64,000 nucleotides of DNA from an uncultured Acidobacteriota bacterium. GTDB lineage: Bacteria > Acidobacteriota > Vicinamibacteria > Vicinamibacterales > CAVVIG01. The stretch spans positions 74,239 through 138,238 of the forward strand of contig CAVSND010000030.1 in the NCBI GenBank assembly GCA_963729215.1. The letters run 5' to 3'. Positions 28,338 to 37,034 of the stretch are shown here, one piece after another (position 1 is the stretch's first letter; each line of letters begins with the position of its first letter). Under the pieces are notes generated by a model that was not told where the DNA came from, searched no databases, and saw only the letters and a list, made by a program, of their open reading frames with translations. The position numbers and the translations under genes were made by a program.

Positions 28338-28775
28338 GTGGTGGTCGGTGGGCCCTGCGTCGGGCACGGTCGTCAGCCCGGAAAAACGACGCGGCGGCAT
28401 CATCGTGTAATGTCATGGCGCTCGGCCCAGGTTTGGGCTCTCGCGGTGGTGGCCGCCGCGTCGTTTTTCGCGTTCGAGACGGGCTGAGACCTATCGCCCG
28501 ACGCAGGGCCCGCCGACCACCGCCTGACGCACACGGGTGCGTGAGACTCCCACGGATTAGCCAGCCCCCGGATCAGGGACGAGGAGTCGCGGTCTCGCAT
28601 CGTGGCTGGGCCAATGATGGAAGGCGGCGTGACCGTCGTCAGACGATAAAACGCCGGGTTTTTCCACGCCGAGCTTCGTATTGGCCAAGCCGCGATGCGG
28701 GACCGCGACGGTGGTTCGACGACTCGCCGTAAAAACGCTATGTCCCCCGCGCTTCGCACTCCGGCGAGCGTCGTC
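28338..28775 (+). ncRNA. candidate structured RNA / palindromic element cluster (unclassified)
   Basis: H1: 28338-28365 pairs with 28496-28523 (28 bp, 2 G-U), 28374-80 with 28480-86, 28381-98 with 28452-69 (18 bp perfect), plus 9 more bp with 3 G-U. H2: 28597-28615 pairs with 28680-28698 and encloses two small hairpins. H3: about 28718-28775. I saw no known RNA-family motif. Confidence 0.3.
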
Positions 28776-28803
28776 GTCGTGAAGCGAAGGCGAGCAGACC
28801 TGC

Positions 28804-29302
28804 TCACTCGCGCAGTCTGTAGAACGTGATCATGTCGGTGCTCTTCGGCGGAGGAGCCCCGAGCTGGCGCAGCAGCGTTGTCACCTGGCCGCGGTGATAG
28901 CTTCCGTGATTGACCACGTGAGTGAGCATCTGAAAGAACGGTGACGCGCCCGTTGCGCCGCTGAGCAGCTTGTACTCGAACACGCGCGAGACGCCGGCCT
29001 CGCCAAGGCCTTCGACGAACCCGCGGACTTTCCCCTCGAGATCGACCCACGACCTGCGAATGGAATCAACATCGGGAAACGTGTCGTACGCGATCAGAGA
29101 CGAAGGGGATTCGCCAAGCCACCGCGTGTACCACACAAGGTCGGCGGCGTAGATGTGCGCCACGGTGTCGCGAACGGACTTGAAGCTGCTGTCCACCGAG
29201 ACGGGTGAACTGCTCCGGCGTCAGCGGCGTGACGGCTTCCAGGATGAGGTCGCGGGCCCAGTAGTGATAATCGAGCAGCGTGCGGAGATCCTTGAGGTCC
29301 AT
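28804..29302 (-). pseudogene. DinB-family (DinB_2/DUF664-like) protein, frame broken near 29200
   Basis: MDLKDLRTLLDYHYWARDLILEAVTPLTPEQFTR lies in one frame. VDSSFKSVRDTVAHIYAADLVWYTRW..HVVNHGSYHRGQVTTLLRQLG lies in the next (ORF 28804..29196). Confidence 0.75.
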
Positions 29303-29309
29303 GCCGCGG

Positions 29310-29315
29310 ATTATA
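29310..29315 (-). promoter_or_regulatory. perfect TATAAT box 7 nt upstream of DinB-like ATG 29302 (leaderless-type)
   Basis: Minus-strand sequence is ccgacTATAATccgcggcATG, with no SD. Confidence 0.45.
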
Positions 29316-29404
29316 GTCGGCAGCCGGGCGGCCCGTAGCTGATGATTCACGCTGATGATTGGTGATGCGAACTGCAGGTTTGGACGCTGACAAACGGCGG
29401 CGGC

Positions 29405-29430
29405 GGTGCCGGTCATCCCGACCGGCCACC
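29405..29430 (-). terminator. candidate hairpin terminator downstream of the HtrA-like gene
   Basis: Minus strand GGTGGCCGGTC-ggga-TGACCGGCACC, about 25 nt after stop 29454. It is followed only by a weak TTTGT tract. Confidence 0.3.
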
Positions 29431-29453
29431 GCCCACCGACCTCCGGCGGCCAG

Positions 29454-30974
29454 TTAAGCCGCCGGCTTCACCGTGAAGAACAGGCTGTGGCCCTCGCGCT
29501 CGACGAGCAGGAGCGCGGGACGGTCGGTCGTTTTGCGGACCGCCGCCCGAAGCTCGTCCACCGACTGCACCGGCTGCCGATTCACCTCGAGAATCACGTC
29601 GCCTTCCTGGAGTCCCGCGTCGGCGGCACGACTGTCAGGATTCACCGCGGTGATCACGAGCCCCTTCTGTCCGCGCTCGACGCCGATGCCCAGCGCTCCC
29701 TTGTCGGCGCTCGCCGGTTCGGCGCTGCGCGACGATCGCGCGCCGACTTCGGCTTCGTCCAGCTTGACCGAAATCGTTTTCTCGGCGCCATCGCGGACAA
29801 CCCCGACGGTGGCGTTCGATCCCGGCTGGGTCTCGGCCACATGGTTGCGGAGGCTGTTGAAGTCGGTCACGGCCTGGCCGTTGAACGACTCGATGACGTC
29901 ACCGCGCTTCAACCCTGCGCGGTCGGCCGCACTGTCGGGCGTGACCTTGCTGATGATGGCGCCGCCCACGTGTTTGAGGCCCATGCTGGCCGCGAGATCC
30001 GACGTCACCGGCTGCACTTCCACGCCCAGCTGCGAGCGGCGGACGCGGCCGTCCTTACGCAGGTCGTCCATGACGCGGCGCGCCATGTTCGACGGAATCG
30101 CGAATCCGATGCCGATGTTCGCGTCTACGGGCGACAGCATTTCGGCATTGATGCCGATGACCTCGCCCTTCGTGTTCACCAGCGCACCGCCCGAGTTGCC
30201 GTGATTGATCGGCGCATCGGTCTGCAGGAAATCCTGGTAGGTGCGGCCGCCGTCACCGTCGCCCGAACCGGTCGATCGGCCCTTGGCGCTGACAATCCCC
30301 ATCGTCACGGTCTGCCCCACGCCAAGGGGGTTGCCGATCGCGAGCACGAGATCGCCGACCTGTGCGTTGTCGGAATTCCCCAGCTGCGCGGTCTGGAGAC
30401 CCGTGGTGTTGACCTTGATAAGAGCCAGGTCGCTCGGCTTGTCGGTGCCGATGACCTTGGCTTCGAGGGTACGTCCGTCGGCGAGGTCGATGTGGATCGC
30501 ATCGGCACCGTCGACGACGTGGTTGTTGGTCAGGATGTAGCCGTCGCTCGTGACGACCACTCCGGAACCGAGGCCGCGCTGACGATAGCTGCGCGGAACG
30601 GCCCGCTGCCTTCGGCCGCGCGGGTTGTCGTCGCCGTCATCGCCGAAGAAGCGGCGGAAGAAGTCGTCGCCCTCGAACTGCGTCGGCGAGACCTTGGCCT
30701 TGCCTTCCACGCGGATGGTGACGACGGCGGGGGCGACAGCCTTGACCACGTCGGCGTACGAATCGCGTCCGCCGGGGATGCGCGACTGCGCGCTGGCTGA
30801 CTGCTGGCTGCCGGCGGCCGCGGACTGCTGACCGGCGACCGCCGAATGAACGCCGCTGACGACTGTTTGCGGGTTGGCCGAAGCTGCCAGGCTGTGCCAG
30901 GCCGCGCCGCTGATAAGGGCGGTGGCAGCCAGGACGGCGAGCCCCGTCCGGATGCTGAAATGTCGGATCTTCAT
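29454..30974 (-). CDS. Do/DegP/HtrA family periplasmic serine endopeptidase with two PDZ domains
   Basis: Signal peptide; TNNHVV, DLALIKV and GNSGGALVN catalytic triad motifs; two PDZ-like regions (GLKRGDVIESFNGQ, GLQEGDVILEVNRQ). Confidence 0.9.
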   Translation of the reverse strand: MKIRHFSIRTGLAVLAATALISGAAWHSLAASANPQTVVSGVHSAVAGQQSAAAGSQQSASAQSRIPGGRDSYADVVKAVAPAVVTIRVEGKAKVSPTQFEGDDFFRRFFGDDGDDNPRGRRQRAVPRSYRQRGLGSGVVVTSDGYILTNNHVVDGADAIHIDLADGRTLEAKVIGTDKPSDLALIKVNTTGLQTAQLGNSDNAQVGDLVLAIGNPLGVGQTVTMGIVSAKGRSTGSGDGDGGRTYQDFLQTDAPINHGNSGGALVNTKGEVIGINAEMLSPVDANIGIGFAIPSNMARRVMDDLRKDGRVRRSQLGVEVQPVTSDLAASMGLKHVGGAIISKVTPDSAADRAGLKRGDVIESFNGQAVTDFNSLRNHVAETQPGSNATVGVVRDGAEKTISVKLDEAEVGARSSRSAEPASADKGALGIGVERGQKGLVITAVNPDSRAADAGLQEGDVILEVNRQPVQSVDELRAAVRKTTDRPALLLVEREGHSLFFTVKPAA

Positions 30975-31070
30975 GGTGTCTGGGTCCTTTCCTTTCAGGA
31001 AATGCGCTTCTGAACCATTAGACGGCGCACCGCCTGTCAGGGACGTGGCTGGGACATTACAAAGAGGAAA

Positions 31071-31135
31071 GGTTCGAGAGGTTCGAGAGGTTCGAGGGGT
31101 TCGAGAGGTTCTAGGGGTTCGAGAGGTTCAGGTGG
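31071..31135. repeat. solitary tandem array of 7 GGTTCGAGA-type units
   Basis: GGTTCGAGA GGTTCGAGA GGTTCGAGGG GTTCGAGAG GTTCTAGGG GTTCGAGAG GTTCAGGTGG. It encodes the last residues (HLNLSNP*) and the stop of the histidine kinase. The unit is the same as at 63166-63752. Confidence 0.85.
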
Positions 31136-32445
31136 ACCGTGAATGTTGAGCCATGGCCGGGCTGGCTGCTGACGCTGACGGTGCCGTGGTGAGCCTCGAC
31201 GATGGCTTTCACGAGGCTGAGGCCGAGGCCGAGGCCGCGTTCGGCACGGCTCCGGTCACCGCGGAACAGGCGATCCCAGATCCGGGGCTGTTCATCGGCG
31301 GGAATGCCGAGACCGGTGTCGCTCACGCGCAGGACGGCGCGGTCGCCGTCCCGGCCGGCGGCGATTTCGACACGCCCGCCCGCGGAGGTGTACTCGATCG
31401 CGTTGTCCAGAAGGTTGGCGGCGACCTGCTCGAGACGCGTGCGATCGACGTTCACGCGCACGTCATCGGCGACGCTCGCGGCGAGCGCCACGCCTTTCGC
31501 GTCGGCGGTGTCGCGATAGAGGTCCGTCGCCCGCGCGACGATGTCCGCCAGCGCGACCGGCTCGCGCTTGAGCGGCATCGTGCCGCTTTCGGCCTCGGTG
31601 ATATCCATCAACGTCGTGAGGATGACGAGCACGCGATCGGCTTCCTCTACGCAGTCGGCCAGCGCTTCGCGGTAGCGGTCGAGGTCGGGCGGGGCGGCCA
31701 GCGCCAGCTCCGCCGATGCGCGGAGGCGGGTCATGGGCGTGCGCAAGTCGTGCGACACGTTGTCGAGCGCGCCGCGCATGCCGTCAACGAGCCCTTCGAT
31801 CTTGTCCAGCATCGCGTTGAAGAGTCCGGACAACTCGTCGATCGCGTCGCGGCGCTCGGCGAGCGGCACGCGGGCGTCGGTCTGGCCCGTCGTGATGATC
31901 CGCTTGACGGCGTCGATGAGCTGGCGGATGGGTTTGAGCGCCGTTTGCGTCGCGAGCGCGCCTCCCGTCAGCGCCACGAGCAGGATCGACAGCGTGACGA
32001 GACCGAGGGCGGCTCGGAACCTGGCGAGCAGGTCATCGCGCGCTTCGGTGCTCTTCCCTACCTGTACGAGCGTGCCGTCGGCCAGCCGTATCGATCCGGT
32101 TTCGAGGGACGCCAGATCCCATCCCTGCGGCTGACTCAGGACAACAGCTTCGGCGCCGCGATCCACCACGCGCACGAACAGCCGTTCGGGAGCGGTTTGC
32201 TGCTCCGCCTGCACCGTCGCGGCGAGGGCGTCGAGTCCGCCGCGATCGTACGCGGTCGCGTAGAGGCCGAGCTTGCTGTCGATCAGCTGGCGATCGCGCT
32301 GAGCGAGGGAGGCCGACGCGAGAAGATACGTCAGCGTCACGATCGCCATCGACCCGGCAACGAACAACGACGCGTACCACACGCCGATGCGCAGCCCGTA
32401 CACGAGCGGACGCGCGTCGCGCTCAGGCCCTGAGGACATATCCAA
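31111..32445 (-). CDS. two-component sensor histidine kinase (2 TM, HAMP, HisKA, HATPase_c)
   Basis: SHDLRTPMTRL H-box, LLDNAIEYT N-box, DTGLGIP, GLGLGLSLV G-boxes. Confidence 0.85.
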   Translation of the reverse strand: MDMSSGPERDARPLVYGLRIGVWYASLFVAGSMAIVTLTYLLASASLAQRDRQLIDSKLGLYATAYDRGGLDALAATVQAEQQTAPERLFVRVVDRGAEAVVLSQPQGWDLASLETGSIRLADGTLVQVGKSTEARDDLLARFRAALGLVTLSILLVALTGGALATQTALKPIRQLIDAVKRIITTGQTDARVPLAERRDAIDELSGLFNAMLDKIEGLVDGMRGALDNVSHDLRTPMTRLRASAELALAAPPDLDRYREALADCVEEADRVLVILTTLMDITEAESGTMPLKREPVALADIVARATDLYRDTADAKGVALAASVADDVRVNVDRTRLEQVAANLLDNAIEYTSAGGRVEIAAGRDGDRAVLRVSDTGLGIPADEQPRIWDRLFRGDRSRAERGLGLGLSLVKAIVEAHHGTVSVSSQPGHGSTFTVHLNLSNP

Positions 32446-33095
32446 CCCCGCGGACGGTGTGAATGAGCTTGGTCTCGAACGGCCGATCGACCTTGTCCCG
32501 CAAGCGGCTGACGAGCACGTCCACGATATTGGTTTGCGGGTCGAAGTTGTACTCCCACACGTGCGACAGGATCATCGTCTTCGAGACGACTTTGCCGGTA
32601 TTGCGCATCAGGTATTCGAGCAGCGCGAACTCGCGCGGGCGCAGATCGACCTGGGTTCCCCCGCGCGACACCCGGCGCGACAGCAGGTCGAGCACGAGAT
32701 CTTCGACCGTGAGCGTCGTGGGTTCCGGCGTGCGGGATGCGCGGCGGACCAGCGCCTGCACGCGCGCCAGCAGTTCCGCGAACGCGAATGGCTTGGTCAG
32801 GTAGTCGTCGCCGCCCGCCTGCAGGCCGCGTACGCGATCGTCCACCGTTTGCCGTGCGCTCAGAATCAACACGGGCGTCATCACGCCTTTCCGCCTCAAC
32901 TCCTCGATGACCGACAGCCCGTCGCGCCTGGGCAGCATGACATCCACGACCGCGACGTCGTAGGCCTGATCGAGCGCCGCCGCCAGCCCCTCGGCGCCGT
33001 CGGACACACGATCGACCGCAAACCCGGCCTCGCGCAGCCCACGCGCCACGAACTCCGCGATCGTGTCGTCGTCTTCGATGAGCAGCGACGTGCAC
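32423..33095 (-). CDS. OmpR-family response regulator (start region frame-ambiguous)
   Basis: LLIEDDDTIAEFVARGL..VDVMLPRRDG..LILSAR..GGDDYLTKPF plus a winged-helix C-domain (LVSRLRDKVD..IHTVRGVGYVL). AGGAGG-11 nt-GTG 33095 is 1 nt out of frame with the body, so one extra nt at about 33088 is implied. Confidence 0.8.
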
Positions 33096-33110
33096 GTTCG
33101 TCGAGTCCTC

Positions 33111-34209
<1,099 letters not shown>

Positions 34210-34216
34210 GTCCAGT

Positions 34217-34222
34217 ATTCTC
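34217..34222 (-). promoter_or_regulatory. -10-like GAGAAT 7 nt upstream of ATG 34209 (leaderless-type)
   Basis: Minus-strand sequence is gggcGAGAATactggacATG, with no SD. Confidence 0.4.
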
Positions 34223-34392
34223 GCCCAAGAGCACGATTCTCAGCCGAGCGCGGAGCGTGCTACGCTCAGACGCTGACCTCTGCGCGGCCTGGCCTTCGGC
34301 CGCGTACGACCACCACCAGCGTGCGCGTCGCCTGCGCCACGCACCGCGTCACCCGGTGTCACCGTCATGACGCATGTCGAGGAGGATAGTCC

Positions 34393-35805
34393 GTGAGAGC
34401 CGTGCTCTTGTCTCTTGTACTGTTGTTGGCGTCCGCCCTTGGTTCGTCTCCTGCCGCCGCCCAGGAGCCGCCGGCCCGGCAGCCGGGCCTCACCACGTCG
34501 CCGTTCATGGGCGGAGTGCCGAGCGGGACGGCGACAACGGAACCAATCGCCGTCTCGATTCTCGACGCGATCAACCGCGCGCTCGAGCACAACCTCGGCG
34601 CCCTGCTCGCCGAAAACAGCGTCGGGCGGGCGGACGGTGCGCGCATCCGGGCGCTGAGCGCCCTGCTCCCGAACGTGAACGGGCATCTCGCGGAGTCGCG
34701 GCAGGTCGTCAACCTCGCGGCGTACGGTTTTCCTCTCCCGGCGGGCATTCCCGCGATTGTCGGACCGTTCAACGTGTTCGATTTGCGGGCGTCCGTCACG
34801 CAGTCGATTTTCGACCTGCGCGCCATCAACGACCGCCGCACCGAAGAGCACAACCTTGCGGCGGCGCAGTTTTCTTCCAAGGGCGCGCGTGATCTGGTTG
34901 TGCTGGCGTCGGCCAACGCCTACCTGCAGACGCTGGCGGCATCGGCGCGCGCGGACACGGCCCGCGCCGAAGGCGAAACGGCGCAGGCGCTGTACAACCA
35001 GGCCATCAACCTGCGGCAGAACGGCATCGTCGCCGGCATCGATGTCCTGCGCGCGGAGCTCCAGGCAAGCACGCAGCGGCAGCGCTTCACGGCCGCGCGG
35101 AACGAGTTCGAAAAAGCGAAGCTCCAGCTCGCTCGAATCATGGGACTTCCGATCGGTCAGCCGTTTACGCTGGTCAGTCAGCTGCCGACGGTCCCCAACC
35201 CCGATCTCTCGCTCGAGGCCGCGCTGGAGCGCGCCTATAAAGATCGACCGGACTACCAGGCCGCACTCGAGCGCGTGAAGGCGGCCGAAACGGCGCGCGC
35301 TGCCGCCTCCGGCGACTCGATGCCATCGGTCCGGCTCAACGCGGACTATGGCGCGCTCGGCCTGACGCCTGCGGATGCGCATGCCACGTATACGATCACG
35401 GGGCTGGTGAGCGTCCCGATCTTTCAGGGAGGCCGCGCGAAGGGCCGCGTCCTCGAAGCAGACGCCGACCTCCGCAACCGCCGCGCGGAAGCGGACGACA
35501 TGCGCGCCGGCATCTATTACGAAGTAAGGACGGCGTTCCTCGATCTCCAGGCCACGAGCGAGCAACTGGAGGTGGCGACACGCGCCAAGGAGATCGCCGC
35601 GGTCACCCTCACGCAGGCCCGGGATCGGTTTGCGGCAGGCGTGGCAGACAATATAGAAGTTGTCCAGGCGCAGGAAGCGGTCAGCCTTGCCAACGAGCGA
35701 TACATCACCGCGCTCTACCTGAACAGCGTTGGCAAGGCCGTGCTCGCGCGCGACCTCGGCAGCGCCGAACAGGCCGTTCGACAATACCTCGGAGGCTCCC
35801 GCTGA
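34393..35805 (+). CDS. TolC-family outer membrane efflux protein
   Basis: Signal MRAVLLSLVLLLASALG. Two OEP repeats. It is the first gene of a TolC-HlyD-MFS operon with overlapping stop/start codons. Confidence 0.85.
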   Translation: MRAVLLSLVLLLASALGSSPAAAQEPPARQPGLTTSPFMGGVPSGTATTEPIAVSILDAINRALEHNLGALLAENSVGRADGARIRALSALLPNVNGHLAESRQVVNLAAYGFPLPAGIPAIVGPFNVFDLRASVTQSIFDLRAINDRRTEEHNLAAAQFSSKGARDLVVLASANAYLQTLAASARADTARAEGETAQALYNQAINLRQNGIVAGIDVLRAELQASTQRQRFTAARNEFEKAKLQLARIMGLPIGQPFTLVSQLPTVPNPDLSLEAALERAYKDRPDYQAALERVKAAETARAAASGDSMPSVRLNADYGALGLTPADAHATYTITGLVSVPIFQGGRAKGRVLEADADLRNRRAEADDMRAGIYYEVRTAFLDLQATSEQLEVATRAKEIAAVTLTQARDRFAAGVADNIEVVQAQEAVSLANERYITALYLNSVGKAVLARDLGSAEQAVRQYLGGSR

Positions 35806-37034
35806 TGGCCGATCAAGCTGGTGGATGGACCGGACAAAAACGATATCAGGCGCTCATCGCCCTCGTCATCGTGATCGCCGTGGCGACCGGCGTGTGGCTC
35901 TACGCGACCGCCGGACGCGAGACGACCGACGATGCCCAGGTGGATGCACACGTGGCGCAGATTTCGGCGCGGGTGAGCGGTACGGTCCTGCGCGTGCTCG
36001 TGAAGGACAACCAGCCCGCTGAGGCCAACGCGACGCTGGTCGAGATCGACCCGCGCGACTACCAGATCGCGGTCGACAAGGCGAAGGCGGAATTGCTGGA
36101 TGCCGAGGCCGCCGCACAGGCCGCCCAGAGCAACGTGCCGATTACGTCAACGGCGGCCGCCGGGAACGTCACGAGCGCGCAAAACTCGATCGACCAGGCG
36201 GAGGCGGGCATCAACGAGGCCGAGAAGGGTATCGAAGCCGCCCGTGCGCGGCTCGCGGCCGCATCGTCCAGGGTGCGCGAGGTCGAGGCCAACTCGACCC
36301 GGGCCACCCGCGACGTCGAGCGGCTCAAGGGACTGCTGGCCAAGGACGAAGTGTCGCAGCAGCAATACGACGCGGCCGTGGCCGCCGCCGAGGGACAGCG
36401 CGCGGCCGTGGAAACCGCCAAGAGTCAGGTCCTCGAGGCAGAGACCGGTATTCGCACCGCCGAAAGCCGTCTCGTGCAGGCCAAGTCTGCCGTAAAGACG
36501 GCGCAGGCCGGGCTGCGATCGGCGCAAACAGGACCCGAACAGGTGGCGGCGATCCGCGCGCGGGCCGCAGCCGCCGAGGCGCACGCGCAGCAGGCGCGCG
36601 CCGTGCTGGCGCAGGCTGAGTTGAACCTCCAGCACACCGCCGTCAAGGCTCCCGTCGCGGGGATCATCAGCCGGAAGAGCGTCGAGGTCGGCCAGAACGT
36701 GCAGGTGGGACAGCCGCTCATGGCCATCATCCCGCTCGACGAAGTGTGGGTGACGGCGAACTTCAAGGAGACGCAGCTGCAGCACATGCGGCCGGGCCAG
36801 AAGGCGACGCTCAAGGTGGACGCCATCGGCGGGCGCGAGTTCACCGGGCATGTCGACAGCATGGCGGCGGCCACGGGCGCCAGGTTCAGCCTGCTGCCTC
36901 CCGAAAACGCCACCGGCAACTTCGTCAAAGTGGTCCAGCGCGTGCCTGTGAAGATCGTGCTCGAGCCCGGTCAGGATCCCGATCACCTGCTGCGGCCCGG
37001 GCTGTCTGTGGAACCGACGGTCTATACCAAGTGA
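35805..37034 (+). CDS. HlyD/EmrA-family membrane fusion protein
   Basis: N-terminal TM, long Ala/Gln coiled coil, C-terminal FTGHVDSMAAATGARFSLLPPENATGNFVKVVQRVPVKI. Its ATG overlaps the TolC stop. Confidence 0.85.
   Translation: MADQAGGWTGQKRYQALIALVIVIAVATGVWLYATAGRETTDDAQVDAHVAQISARVSGTVLRVLVKDNQPAEANATLVEIDPRDYQIAVDKAKAELLDAEAAAQAAQSNVPITSTAAAGNVTSAQNSIDQAEAGINEAEKGIEAARARLAAASSRVREVEANSTRATRDVERLKGLLAKDEVSQQQYDAAVAAAEGQRAAVETAKSQVLEAETGIRTAESRLVQAKSAVKTAQAGLRSAQTGPEQVAAIRARAAAAEAHAQQARAVLAQAELNLQHTAVKAPVAGIISRKSVEVGQNVQVGQPLMAIIPLDEVWVTANFKETQLQHMRPGQKATLKVDAIGGREFTGHVDSMAAATGARFSLLPPENATGNFVKVVQRVPVKIVLEPGQDPDHLLRPGLSVEPTVYTK

Noticed and set aside
28338-28780. Known housekeeping RNAs (tmRNA, RNase P RNA, SRP RNA, 6S RNA) or a cobalamin riboswitch.
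   Set aside because: None of the hallmark strings is present on either strand: GGAAAGUCCGGGC for RNase P, a GGUUCGAnUCC T-arm plus CCA end and tag ORF for tmRNA, the GGAAGCAGCC SRP helix-8 motif, or a B12 box. The 6S-like rod shape alone is insufficient. A tmRNA-sized gene would also overlap the DinB CDS.
31071-31135. Possible CRISPR array (also 63166-63230 and 63674-63752).
   Set aside because: The units are 9-10 nt and directly abutting, with no spacers. No cas genes are present. The two 63-kb arrays are inverted copies of each other.
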